IMG/VR virus record: IMGVR_UViG_3300025141_008848
Span: 1-64,000 of that record
DNA: 64,000 nt
Direction: 5' to 3' (one strand)
Source of the DNA: a virus
Shown: in pieces, positions 1 through 10,172 of the stretch
Numbering within the stretch: position 1 is the first letter of the stretch
Layout: the number at the start of each line of letters is the position of its first letter
Notes under the pieces: model-generated
Told to the model about the DNA's origin: nothing
Seen by the model: only the letters and a program-made list of their open reading frames with translations
Databases searched by the model: none
Translations under genes and position numbers: made by a program

Positions 1-355
1 ACATAAAAGGTTCCATTTTTTCACGTAAATTCCCTTTTAAAAAACCAATTTCTTCATTTTTAAGTGTTGTTACAGATTTTACAATTACAATTTTCCTATA
101 TTTGGCAAACCGTTTAATTAATTTTAAAGCTTCAGCACAAGCTAGAAACGTTTTACCAGTTCCAGCTGGACCTGAACAGATAACAACCTCCTTTTCTTTA
201 ATAGCCTTAACCAACTCCTTCTGATTTTCTGTTTTACACTTAACACGTACAGTCATAGTGTCAGTCATCCTGGTTTCTTCAGTGTTATTCTGATAAATCC
301 ATTCTTCTACCTCAGCTTGTTCCTCCCTACTTAATTTTTTACCTTTTCTTCCCAT
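1..355 (-). CDS. phoH: PhoH-family ATPase (runs off the window edge; not in the ORF track)
   Basis: Manual translation from ATG at 355: MGRKGKK...VICSGPAGTGKTFLACAEAL...EIGFLKGNLREKMEPF, i.e. Walker A plus the PhoH GFLxG motif. Confidence 0.9.
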   Translation of the reverse strand, partial: MGRKGKKLSREEQAEVEEWIYQNNTEETRMTDTMTVRVKCKTENQKELVKAIKEKEVVICSGPAGTGKTFLACAEALKLIKRFAKYRKIVIVKSVTTLKNEEIGFLKGNLREKMEPFM

Positions 356-378
356 TATCTAGTTTTTAAATTTTTATT

Positions 379-1230
379 TTAATAAAGTGATTTTATATAC
401 TCCTTTAATCTATCTATGGGGGTCCATCCTAATGACTCTATTGCGTCATTATTCTCTCTCCTAGTTTCCCTGTAGTTACCCGGTTGGTTAGGTAAATAAG
501 TACACCCAATATCCACGGACTCTTTAAATAAATTAAATACTTCATTAAGAGAGTAATTAGTACCAGTACCCAACTCCCAAGCATCTATATGGTTCCCGTC
601 ATGATTCCCAATTTTTATTAGACCGTCTACAATATCATCTACATGTGTAAAATCCCTTCTTTGTTCACCATCACCGACAATGGTAATTTTATTACCGTCT
701 CTGATTTGTCTTTGCCATAGTCCTATTACTGCAGCCCAATCACCATCTATAATTTCACCCGGACCATATACATTATAAAAACGAACAATATCCATATTTA
801 AATTATATGTTTTTCTATACATTTTACAAATTTCTTCACCTAAATGTTTATACATTGCATATGGTGATTGATAGGGGTTATGCCATTTTGATGATGAACC
901 TGCATACACAATTTTTACGTTATTTAATCTACCCCACTCACACACCGACTCTGTTCCTAGTGTATTTACTTTAAAAGTTTCTGTAGGATTATGGAAGGAT
1001 GGTTGTATACGACTTAAAGCAGCTAAATGAAAACAAATATCAAAATCTGATGCGGGTACAGAATCTATTTCTCCAATATCTAAATCATGATATATACATC
1101 CCTCTTGTCTATTATTAGGATTACCAATTATATAGTTATCTAAACAGTGGACGCTATGGTTTTCTTTTACTAACCTTTTTATAAGATTAGTCCCTATAAA
1201 TCCAGCACCACCAGTTACTAATATTTTCAT
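379..1230 (-). CDS. NAD-dependent nucleotide-sugar epimerase/dehydratase (extended SDR)
   Basis: MKILVTGGAGFIG, HLAA, YAMYK (YxxxK), RFYNVYGP, GDGEQRRDFTHVDD; start moved to ATG 1230, removing the overlap with the upstream gene. Confidence 0.9.
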   Translation of the reverse strand: MKILVTGGAGFIGTNLIKRLVKENHSVHCLDNYIIGNPNNRQEGCIYHDLDIGEIDSVPASDFDICFHLAALSRIQPSFHNPTETFKVNTLGTESVCEWGRLNNVKIVYAGSSSKWHNPYQSPYAMYKHLGEEICKMYRKTYNLNMDIVRFYNVYGPGEIIDGDWAAVIGLWQRQIRDGNKITIVGDGEQRRDFTHVDDIVDGLIKIGNHDGNHIDAWELGTGTNYSLNEVFNLFKESVDIGCTYLPNQPGNYRETRRENNDAIESLGWTPIDRLKEYIKSLY

Positions 1231-1234
1231 TTCT

Positions 1235-2350
1235 TTAAAGTTGGGTATCCACAAGTTCTCTCGGTGAATCATAATCACCAAACTTTCTTCGGAAAACTTC
1301 ACCAGTATCAGGATTTCTTTCGTATATATACTTCTCCTCCGACTCAACAGAAGACAAATTTTTAATAACCTGTGTATTTATCCATTCGTAGGTTTTTTTC
1401 ATCCCGTCAATTAAGGGTTGGGACACCTTCCACCCAAGATTTTCAAAATAAAGAGAATTATCAGAATTTCTACCATTAACCCCTACTGGACATTTATGCC
1501 CATACTTTTTAACAAAGGAATCACCATCAATATTGTATATATCTAAATCTCTACCAGAAACCTCAATCGCCATTTTCGCAAAATCGTTTATAGAAATCAT
1601 TTCCTCGGAACCTATATTTACAGGGCCTATAAAGTCAGAGTTCATTAAACGTCTTACAGCCTCAATACACTCATCAATATATAAAAAGGAACGAGTTTGA
1701 TTTCCAGGTCCCCAAACCTCAATTGATTCTCCTTCATTAGCCACAGCTACTTTCCGACACATGGCTGCTGGTGCTTTTTCTTTACCACCATCCCATGTTC
1801 CTTCTGGGCCAAAAATATTATGGAATCTCGCTACCCTAACATCTAAACCATAATTTCTATTAAATGATAGGTACAATCGTTCACTAAATAACTTTTCCCA
1901 ACCATACTCTGAATCAGGTTCTGCTGGATACGCAGAATCCTCCGTACAGTTTGGGTTATCAGGGTCTAATTGGTTATGTTCCGGATACATACATGCAGAT
2001 GAAGAATAAAATACTTTTTTAACTTTCTTTACGACACATTCATGGACAACATTTAAGTTAACCAAAGCTGAGTTATGCATAACATCAGCATCATGGTCTC
2101 CCGTAAAAATATATCCTGCACCACCCATATCCGCCGCAAATTGATAGAGTTCGTCAACGTCAGAATCTATAACTTTGGACACTAATTCCGGATTCCTTAA
2201 ATCACCGATAATAAATTTATCAGCTTCTGTTGGAGAAAACTCCGGATTCTTAAGGTCAACACCAATAACGTAAAAACCTTCTTTTTTTAATCTTTTTACC
2301 ATATGACTTCCTATAAAGCCACCTGCACCTAATATTACTGCTTTTTTCAT
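1235..2350 (-). CDS. GDP-mannose 3,5-epimerase-like SDR
   Basis: GAGGFIG, QFAADMGGAGYI, SSSACMYP, YGWEKL, RFHNIFGPEGTWDGGKEKAPAAMCRK, GVNGRNSDN: GME family signatures. Confidence 0.85.
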   Translation of the reverse strand: MKKAVILGAGGFIGSHMVKRLKKEGFYVIGVDLKNPEFSPTEADKFIIGDLRNPELVSKVIDSDVDELYQFAADMGGAGYIFTGDHDADVMHNSALVNLNVVHECVVKKVKKVFYSSSACMYPEHNQLDPDNPNCTEDSAYPAEPDSEYGWEKLFSERLYLSFNRNYGLDVRVARFHNIFGPEGTWDGGKEKAPAAMCRKVAVANEGESIEVWGPGNQTRSFLYIDECIEAVRRLMNSDFIGPVNIGSEEMISINDFAKMAIEVSGRDLDIYNIDGDSFVKKYGHKCPVGVNGRNSDNSLYFENLGWKVSQPLIDGMKKTYEWINTQVIKNLSSVESEEKYIYERNPDTGEVFRRKFGDYDSPRELVDTQL

Positions 2351-3123
2351 ATATTATTATTTTTTATAAATACCGGGATAGGTATCATCTTATGTTTATT
2401 TTGTTTATTAAATTTATTGTATATTTTTAAGACTTCTTCTTGTCTATCTGTACAATTGTATCCCTCTCGCACATATGCGTATTCAGATTCAGTATAATTC
2501 ATTGCCCACTCAAGTTCATCATAAGTAGCTCCTAATTGGTCTTCATCTGTCCTATCATCCCCCCAAAGACCATCGGTAGGGCTAGCTTGGATTATATCAT
2601 CTATTATTCCTAGATTAATTGCAAGTTCTCTAACTTCTGATTTCATTAAGTCTGCAATTGGACTTATATCTACACCACCATCTCCATATTTTGTAAAAAA
2701 CCCAACCCCAAAATCTTCTACTTTATTTCCTGTGCCTACGACTAAACCATCATTTGATTGTGCTATTTGATATAAGGTTGTCATTCTTAGTCGTGCTCTG
2801 GAGTTAGCCAAGGCAAGATTATTTTCGTTATCAGCAAAAATCATCTTAAACGTATCATATACATGAGATAAATTTACTTCCATAGCTGTAACATTATTAT
2901 ACTTACCCTTTAACCATTTAATGTGTTTATTAGCTCTATCTAATTCTGATGGATTTTGGTGGATTGGCATAGAAACCACAATAGTTTTTATTCCTGTCTC
3001 AGCACATAATGTAGAGACTAGTGCAGAATCCACACCACCAGACACCCCAACTACAAAGGTATTAATACTACTATTTTGTGAGTAGTCCCTTAACCAGTTT
3101 ATAATTAGTTGTTGTGTTTTCAT
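2347..3123 (-). CDS. nadE: NH3-dependent NAD+ synthetase
   Basis: GVSGGVDSA P-loop, NSRARLRM, GTGNKVE, TKYGDGGVDISPIADL, PTDGLW, DEDQLG. Confidence 0.93.
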   Translation of the reverse strand: MKTQQLIINWLRDYSQNSSINTFVVGVSGGVDSALVSTLCAETGIKTIVVSMPIHQNPSELDRANKHIKWLKGKYNNVTAMEVNLSHVYDTFKMIFADNENNLALANSRARLRMTTLYQIAQSNDGLVVGTGNKVEDFGVGFFTKYGDGGVDISPIADLMKSEVRELAINLGIIDDIIQASPTDGLWGDDRTDEDQLGATYDELEWAMNYTESEYAYVREGYNCTDRQEEVLKIYNKFNKQNKHKMIPIPVFIKNNNI

Positions 3124-3124
3124 A

Positions 3125-3964
3125 TTATTTATTTTTAAATTTAATCATAGTATGCCACCCTAAATGACTTTCTAAAAATCTCATAACTGAGTGTGGTAAA
3201 AATCTAAATAACAAAGTTTTTTTGTATGTATAATTTATATATTCTTTTATAATATATGGAAATATGTGGTCCTTATACATATCAACCACTTTAAAATCAT
3301 CTAGTAAGTTAATAAGTTCTTTTTCTGTATATGTATACGCTACGGGACAATTTAACTGAGCTTCTGCAAAATACTTTATAGTCTTCTTTATGTTAAAATT
3401 AAATTTCCATCCATGTTTTAAATAAAAGTATAATGTTTTATAAGATATTCTGGAGTACATCATTATACGTGCCTCCGTATCTTTCTTCATGTACTTTTTT
3501 AGTTCCTTTAATGCCTTTTCTGGTGTCGGAGTATGGTGAAGAACACCAAAGCTATAAATTAAATCATAATCTTCAATAGGTACCACTTTAGATAACTCCT
3601 CAGCATTAGCCTTATAAAATTTTGCTTTAAGATTGTAGACATCAAACCTACGTTTACAAAGTTCTAGAGACTTATCGGAAAGTTCAACACAAGTTAACTC
3701 CGCCCCAGCTCTTACAAAACTTATAGAATCAGTACCAATACCACATCCTATCTCTAATACTTTTTTACCCTTCCACTTATCAAATTCTGCAAATGTAGGG
3801 ATATGAGGTTCAACAAAATACTTTTTAGTCTCAACCTCATCAAAGTATTCTTTAGTGCCCACAGGTTTGTTAGAATGACGCACATTACAAGAGCGAGCAT
3901 TCCAAAATGCTTCAACTTCACCAACACTTACCTTACGTCCCATCGATTCACTAGTAATCCTCAT
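3125..3964 (-). CDS. Class I SAM-dependent methyltransferase
   Basis: VLEIGCGIG motif I, YDLIYSFGVLHH. Confidence 0.85.
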   Translation of the reverse strand: MRITSESMGRKVSVGEVEAFWNARSCNVRHSNKPVGTKEYFDEVETKKYFVEPHIPTFAEFDKWKGKKVLEIGCGIGTDSISFVRAGAELTCVELSDKSLELCKRRFDVYNLKAKFYKANAEELSKVVPIEDYDLIYSFGVLHHTPTPEKALKELKKYMKKDTEARIMMYSRISYKTLYFYLKHGWKFNFNIKKTIKYFAEAQLNCPVAYTYTEKELINLLDDFKVVDMYKDHIFPYIIKEYINYTYKKTLLFRFLPHSVMRFLESHLGWHTMIKFKNK

Positions 3965-5058
3965 TTCTTATTTTCTTTAAATTCTATTCCAGATTCTTTT
4001 AATTCTTTTATTACTGAATTTCTTTCATTAACAACAACATTATAACCTAATGTTTGTAAGGTTAGAGCAAATTTTAATTGTTGTGATTCTTCTAACATTG
4101 TACTTTGAGGTTTATAGGTAACATAATCAAAGACTACAGGAATTTCTTTATCTGGGTTAACTCTTATAAATTCTTCAACCTGGTAGGTGAGGTGGAGTTC
4201 GTTCATTTTGTCAGTGGCTTTAGATATTTGTGCATCTATGCCATTCTCTTCAGCAAAAATATGTAAAGCTCTATTATCTCTCGGAAAACACGGACCACCA
4301 TAACCATACCCCCACATTAAATATTTTCCACCAATCCTACTATCAGACCCAATCGCTGATAATATCTTATCTGTTTCACCACCAACCCGATTAGAAATAT
4401 CCCCAATCATATTAGCAAAAGATATTTTAGTCGTTAGGAAACAATTTAAAGATAATTTAGTTATTTCAGCACTAATTCTATCCATTCTACATATTCTGGG
4501 TTTGGAAGTACAATGGTCCACATAGACATTCTCTATAACATTACCAACACTGGTATTAGCTTCACCAATTAGAACCATATCTGCATTAACCTGGTCATTA
4601 ACAATGGTCCCTTGTGCAATAAATTCTGGATTATAACTTACAGTGTAGTTATAGTCCTTAAGGTCTTTTTGTAGTTCATCACAATATCCCGGGAATGTGG
4701 TACAGTTTATAACTAAATGTTTGGTTTGTTTTTGAACACCTAAAGAAATGAGTTCGTTCTTAAGGGATTCGATATGTTTATGGTCATATTTACCATTGGG
4801 TAAAGAAGGGGTATGTACTATAACAAAAATAACGTTATTTTCTAATACTTTATTTAGTTCACTCCATAAATAAAGATTTTTAGAATCTTGGAGTAACTCG
4901 TCCACCCCTGGTTCAGAGGATTTAAATTTTTTAGTTCTCAGTAAATCTAGATATTCTGTATTAATATCATAAGCATCTACCCTATAACCTACTTTTTCTA
5001 GGTTGAGAGCAAAACATAAACCTAATTTACCAATCCCTATTACCGATATTGATTTCAT
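3961..5058 (-). CDS. UDP-glucose/GDP-mannose dehydrogenase family protein
   Basis: GIGKLG Rossmann motif, YNPEFIAQG, AEITKL..N, GYGGPCFPRD (catalytic Cys); short C-terminal domain. Confidence 0.88.
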   Translation of the reverse strand: MKSISVIGIGKLGLCFALNLEKVGYRVDAYDINTEYLDLLRTKKFKSSEPGVDELLQDSKNLYLWSELNKVLENNVIFVIVHTPSLPNGKYDHKHIESLKNELISLGVQKQTKHLVINCTTFPGYCDELQKDLKDYNYTVSYNPEFIAQGTIVNDQVNADMVLIGEANTSVGNVIENVYVDHCTSKPRICRMDRISAEITKLSLNCFLTTKISFANMIGDISNRVGGETDKILSAIGSDSRIGGKYLMWGYGYGGPCFPRDNRALHIFAEENGIDAQISKATDKMNELHLTYQVEEFIRVNPDKEIPVVFDYVTYKPQSTMLEESQQLKFALTLQTLGYNVVVNERNSVIKELKESGIEFKENKK

Positions 5059-5120
5059 ATATTATTTTTTTTTATATTAAAATATAATTAATTTATTTTA
5101 AATATCTACTATATATTGTA

Positions 5121-5915
5121 CTAAAGTTTGTGCCATTCTTCTGGTATTATATCACCAGTATTAATATTAGCACTAGGACCAAACCAGTTAATTGGAGCAA
5201 CCACTTCCTTACCACCAAATCTATTTAGGTAAGCACCCCACCAACTGAAAGAGGAATTAACAATAATATTTTTTTTACATAACGACATTAACCATAGGTC
5301 TTCTATATCAGAATTGTCTTCCACAAATATCATATTATTAAAATTCATATTATCCTTACACCAAGATATGTCATCTGAAAATACAAAAATATTATCGTAC
5401 TCCCCCAAAATATCTAAAGCATTCTCATAATACTCTATATTTTGTACCGGGTGAAAATCAGAACGTAAAGCATCTGTTCTCCTAATATGCATAGAGATGG
5501 TAGTGGTATTAATTTGTGGATACTTATCTGTTAGTTTTTTAATAATTTTATTATTAGGTGAAAATTCAGTAATAATTGTATCTTTAGACTCTTTAAAATA
5601 TTTTTCACTTTGCCAATAACCATATAGAAAATAGTTATCGTTTGGTATACTATTTGATGAAAAAACCCAAGTATCTGTAAGAGTGTGTAAGTTAGGTAAA
5701 GATTCTGGTATCTTTAAATTTATAGTTAGGTTAGGAAATTTAGTAAGTGTAAATAATCTATGCCCCACACCTGATGCTACTAGTGAAGATTGCTCCTCCT
5801 CAAAAAATTTAGTATCTAAATAAAGTTCGGTATTATTTAATAAAGATATATTTTTTGCGTAGGCATATTGGAACATTTGGTTGCCTAGACCTCCCATAAT
5901 TTTAGAAATAATCAT
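5121..5915 (-). CDS. GT11 alpha-1,2-fucosyltransferase-like glycosyltransferase
   Basis: GGLGNQMFQYA, GYWQSEKYF, HIRRTD, FSDD, NSSFSWWGAYL. Confidence 0.92.
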   Translation of the reverse strand: MIISKIMGGLGNQMFQYAYAKNISLLNNTELYLDTKFFEEEQSSLVASGVGHRLFTLTKFPNLTINLKIPESLPNLHTLTDTWVFSSNSIPNDNYFLYGYWQSEKYFKESKDTIITEFSPNNKIIKKLTDKYPQINTTTISMHIRRTDALRSDFHPVQNIEYYENALDILGEYDNIFVFSDDISWCKDNMNFNNMIFVEDNSDIEDLWLMSLCKKNIIVNSSFSWWGAYLNRFGGKEVVAPINWFGPSANINTGDIIPEEWHKL

Positions 5916-5919
5916 AATG

Positions 5920-6867
5920 CTAGTTTTTTAAAGATTTTTTTATATATGAGTCGAACAATACGGACAAGTCTAACTTTCTGTAATCCATATCTAGAGCTTT
6001 TTTATATAGATGGTCATTAGAAAGTAATAACTCTTCGGTTACCTCAGAAAAATCATCAACAAATAGAACCGGATAACCCTTAAATATAAATTCCAAATAC
6101 TCACATCTTTTTACAACAGGAACCCTCCTCATATAAAATAATTCCCAATTTCTATGACAATCACAATCTATAGCGTTACCTACTGGGGATATCATAAATT
6201 TATGGTTTTTTAACTCCCTTAAGTAAGTTTCATAATCTAAACCACCAAGGGTTATAGTAGCCCAAGTATGTTTTTTAAATATATCATGGATGTCACCTCT
6301 AGTAGAAAAGTTATTACTAACAGTATGGTTTACATACAGTAGTTTTTCAGGGGATACCTCGTGGTCAATCAAATCCAACATGACTTCATTTTTCCTAGTA
6401 TCATGTGGTCCCATTGTTCTTTTTAACCCGTATGGTATTGGGTGAACCTTACCACCGAAAGATAGGGCATTTACCGCAAAAATAGATAAAACATTATTAG
6501 GTATTTTATCAAAAATAAAATCATCTATAGGGGTATCCTCAAAACCAGTAAAGATGATAAAATTCATATCCGGTAATTTTGAACAAAGGGATAATAAATC
6601 GTTTTTAGCTAGTAAACTATTAACATATGGTCTGTCACTTTCTTGTGTAAATTTAATATCTCTATTATAAAGCCGTATGTTATCAATGAATAGTGTCATA
6701 TAACCCTTATTAGAAGACTTTACCACTTCATAAGATTCAATGAATTCTTTATTTGATATGTTAGCGTCTTTCATAAACCCACCAGGAATATTATTAATAA
6801 TGCTCGCTTGGTCACCAAATGTGTAATCACACATATTAGCTAGATTTGTTGATTCTAATAAAGTCAT
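5920..6867 (-). CDS. Putative glycosyltransferase (exostosin/GT47-like C-terminus)
   Basis: HPIPYGL, KFMISPVGNAIDCDCHRNWE..Y...VPVV, YPVLFVDD; glycan-locus context. Confidence 0.55.
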   Translation of the reverse strand: MTLLESTNLANMCDYTFGDQASIINNIPGGFMKDANISNKEFIESYEVVKSSNKGYMTLFIDNIRLYNRDIKFTQESDRPYVNSLLAKNDLLSLCSKLPDMNFIIFTGFEDTPIDDFIFDKIPNNVLSIFAVNALSFGGKVHPIPYGLKRTMGPHDTRKNEVMLDLIDHEVSPEKLLYVNHTVSNNFSTRGDIHDIFKKHTWATITLGGLDYETYLRELKNHKFMISPVGNAIDCDCHRNWELFYMRRVPVVKRCEYLEFIFKGYPVLFVDDFSEVTEELLLSNDHLYKKALDMDYRKLDLSVLFDSYIKKSLKN

Positions 6868-7505
6868 TAGGACTTAATAATCTTTACACTACCGTCATTA
6901 TGGTAATTTAATAAACCACTACCATGACCATAATGTGGGTGAGTATGCCCTACCTCACTAATATTGTATTTTTCCATTCCTAGTGATGCAAACCAATCTG
7001 TACATTGTGGGTAAATAGTAGAGTAAACATCATCACACAGAACATAACCCTTATAATCATTAGCTTCTAACATGTCACTGAATACTTTTTCAGCTGCACC
7101 ATCGTGACCGATGTCAAAGAACATGAATGGGGCATCTAATATGGTAGTAGGGTCTTCATCGTTTATGTCAATGACCTTGACCTCAATATTATCATAATCC
7201 TTCAAGTACGGTAATTCATTAGGATTATCTTCCCATTTCCAACCATTGTTAATTGGTGGTATGATATCATAAGTGATAACCTTATTGTTCTTATTTTGTG
7301 CTAACGCTAAACAAGACTCACCACCATTGGTACCAATATCTAAAATAGTAACCCCATCGAATGCGTAAGACAAATAAGTCAATAACTTATAATGTTCCCC
7401 CGGCATTCTATTATTATGTAAATGATGAGTATCATCAAAGTTATAATACTTCTCGTAAAATGAAGTATCAGTTTCAAAAATCTTTTTGTAATCTATTGTT
7501 AACAT
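6867..7505 (-). CDS. Putative SAM-dependent (sugar O-) methyltransferase
   Basis: ILDIGTNGGES, ITYDI, FFDIGHDG, VLCDD. Confidence 0.7.
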   Translation of the reverse strand: MLTIDYKKIFETDTSFYEKYYNFDDTHHLHNNRMPGEHYKLLTYLSYAFDGVTILDIGTNGGESCLALAQNKNNKVITYDIIPPINNGWKWEDNPNELPYLKDYDNIEVKVIDINDEDPTTILDAPFMFFDIGHDGAAEKVFSDMLEANDYKGYVLCDDVYSTIYPQCTDWFASLGMEKYNISEVGHTHPHYGHGSGLLNYHNDGSVKIIKS

Positions 7506-7539
7506 ATTCGTATTTTATTTATTTTAATTATTACCATTT

Positions 7540-10113
7540 TTAAGCTTCGAAGTTTACCTCCTGTAAGTCCTTAATGTTAATGAAGGTAACACCCCTATCA
7601 ACTAACTCTTTATTATTTTTTACAATCATATCGAAGAAATTCCAAGCCATTACAATGATGACTTCTGGTAAATTATCTATACAATATTCTTTACTCTTAA
7701 TTGGTATGTTCACACATGGAATGTATTTACCTACCTTCATTTCGTTGTCCTCAATTATATAATCAATATCATCACCAGTGATTCCGAAATAATTAAGAGC
7801 CGTTGTTGCCTTAGCAGGTGCAGCGTATCCCACGATAACACTATATTTATCTTTCAACTTACCAATGTTATTCGTAACATTAACCTTTAATTGGTTAACC
7901 TTCTTACTGAAGTTGGTATACGTTTCTAACTCTTCGACACCATCTTTCTTTTCAGCTGATAAGAACTTATTAACACTAGGCTCTACCTCAGCACCATGAT
8001 TCTTAACGAATACACGAATCGAACCACCATGAGTATCGATGTGCTCAACCTTATAAACTACATACCCTAACCTATCAAAGAAGTTATTAATTGAAGTTAC
8101 CGTCCAGTAGTTAACGTGTTCGTGGTAGATATTATCGAATGTTAAATCCTTCATAGTATCCATAAGATACTGCACTTCAACAATAAATGAACCATCACTA
8201 TTAAGAATGCTAAAAGCGTCACGTGTAATATCAACCAATACGTCAGAATGAGCAAACACATTAGAAGCGGTAACTAAACTAGCTTTACCGTATGTCTTAT
8301 CAATTTCAGCGATAGCTCTACTATCGAAATAACCGTTAATAGTATTGATACCATTATCATTTGCCATCTTAGCGATATTCTTAGCTGGTTCAACACCAAG
8401 TACTTTAATGCCACTTTCTTGTAATGGTTTAAGTGCTATACCATCATTACTACCTATATCAATTACTAATGTTTTATCATTTAACCCAAACTCTGTTATG
8501 TACTGGGTAGAAACATCCTCAAAGTGCTTTCTAAATGATTTTGCTGTTGAGGAGACGTATAGATAGTTATCAAACATTTTTTGTGGTGGTACACTAACTG
8601 ATAATTGACAGTTATGACATTTTGGGCAATAATTCATCTCTAAAGGATACACCTCAGAATTTTCGTCAACTGACCCTTTTAAATTATTAGCTAAAGGTGA
8701 GTCACCTAAAGAAATAACCCTATGTAAATCTGTCGAACCACAACCTCGACAATCAACCCTATAACTCTCAAGTAACCTAACTCTAGTTTGCTCATCAACT
8801 AGTACATAAGGCATTGTATGTGTTGTACCATAATTTTCATGTTCTCTTTCACCCCTAACAAGATTTAAGAAAATAGAATCTTTAGTGAAAACCATTGTGT
8901 GTGCAACATTTGGTTTGATTATTGCAATATCACCTTCATTTATTACCCTAGTTTCTATTGGTGCATTTGGTATTGATAGGTCTTGAATAACACTAATGTA
9001 TTGACCTTTAATTAATAGACATTTTTGTTCTTGGATTGGGTGATAGTGATTAGCTCTAACTGTACCTTTTTTAGATTCTATATACCCTATTAAGTTAATA
9101 GGTTCCGTAAGTTCATAATTACTTATTTTACCCCTATCATCAATATATTCTTTTCCACCTTGTACAGTATATTCTAATTCCGGCCTGATATCTCTTTTAG
9201 ACCAATTCGATATCATTTCACCTAAACTTTCCTCTAAACTGTACCTGAATTCAAACCCAGTTCCCATCAGTTTTTTATTTGATATGGTATATCCCAGATT
9301 AGGTATTTCATCATCAGTTTCTATAAGAGTAAGATTAGGGTTAATTTTTTTACATAGTTCAGCTACTTCCTTAACAGTCATATTATCTTTAGATAAATGG
9401 AAAGTTTCTCTCTTAATCTCTTCATTTTCCGTCATAAACTTCATGCATCTAACAACATCCATCAAAGGAACTAAACTTTTTAATTGTATGCCACCAGAAA
9501 ATAAACTTATAGTACCATTCTGAGACGCTATTTTAGAAAACAGATTTGGCATAATACCCATCCTCATAGTATCTGTAGAATAACCATAAACAGAGGCTAG
9601 TCTTAATACAACATAATTAAGGTTAGAATTATTTAAATCTTTTTCTGACTCTACTTTTCCTTGTGCATAGGTTAATACTGGACAAGTTGGTTCTGATTCT
9701 GGAATATTAGTTTTTGTTTCATTAAAACCTTCATACACAACATGTGTTGATGGAAATATAATTTTAGCATTTTTATTAGCATATTTAATAACATTTTGGG
9801 TACCTACTATACCTATCTGTTTTACTTGGTTATCGTGCTCCTTATTAGATTGTGTTTTAACATAGGCAACATCCGTAATACCTGCTAAATGGATTATAGT
9901 ATCTGCATCCCCAAGTTCTCTACTTAAAACTACCTCATCTAATATAGATGATTGAATAAAGTTTATCCCCCAATCCCTCAGTTGCTTAACTCTTTCAGAT
10001 ATAAATCTGTTATCAATTACTGTTATTTCTTTAAATCTAGCTTCCCCAGAATAAAGTTTACATAGTTCGGTTCCGATATACCCCAAACCACCTGTTATTA
10101 CTATTTTTTTCAT
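7540..10113 (-). CDS. Fusion: NAD-dependent epimerase/reductase + cupin + NDP-sugar C-methyltransferase
   Basis: TGGLGYIG and YAQGK (SDR); DDRG, RANHYH, AHTM (cupin); CRGC/CPKC Zn site, PLAN, DIGSNDG, NVFAH, FDNIYHEH, HGGSIR, GYAAPAKA (C-methyltransferase). Confidence 0.88.
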   Translation of the reverse strand: MKKIVITGGLGYIGTELCKLYSGEARFKEITVIDNRFISERVKQLRDWGINFIQSSILDEVVLSRELGDADTIIHLAGITDVAYVKTQSNKEHDNQVKQIGIVGTQNVIKYANKNAKIIFPSTHVVYEGFNETKTNIPESEPTCPVLTYAQGKVESEKDLNNSNLNYVVLRLASVYGYSTDTMRMGIMPNLFSKIASQNGTISLFSGGIQLKSLVPLMDVVRCMKFMTENEEIKRETFHLSKDNMTVKEVAELCKKINPNLTLIETDDEIPNLGYTISNKKLMGTGFEFRYSLEESLGEMISNWSKRDIRPELEYTVQGGKEYIDDRGKISNYELTEPINLIGYIESKKGTVRANHYHPIQEQKCLLIKGQYISVIQDLSIPNAPIETRVINEGDIAIIKPNVAHTMVFTKDSIFLNLVRGEREHENYGTTHTMPYVLVDEQTRVRLLESYRVDCRGCGSTDLHRVISLGDSPLANNLKGSVDENSEVYPLEMNYCPKCHNCQLSVSVPPQKMFDNYLYVSSTAKSFRKHFEDVSTQYITEFGLNDKTLVIDIGSNDGIALKPLQESGIKVLGVEPAKNIAKMANDNGINTINGYFDSRAIAEIDKTYGKASLVTASNVFAHSDVLVDITRDAFSILNSDGSFIVEVQYLMDTMKDLTFDNIYHEHVNYWTVTSINNFFDRLGYVVYKVEHIDTHGGSIRVFVKNHGAEVEPSVNKFLSAEKKDGVEELETYTNFSKKVNQLKVNVTNNIGKLKDKYSVIVGYAAPAKATTALNYFGITGDDIDYIIEDNEMKVGKYIPCVNIPIKSKEYCIDNLPEVIIVMAWNFFDMIVKNNKELVDRGVTFINIKDLQEVNFEA

Positions 10114-10172
10114 TATGTTTGTTTTTTGTTCATATAAAAATAATAATTTATTTTTATATTATAAAGTATTAT

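Noticed and set aside
1231-1347. N-terminal extension of ORF 379..1347
   Set aside because: Overlaps the GME-like gene; the Rossmann motif starts at ATG 1230
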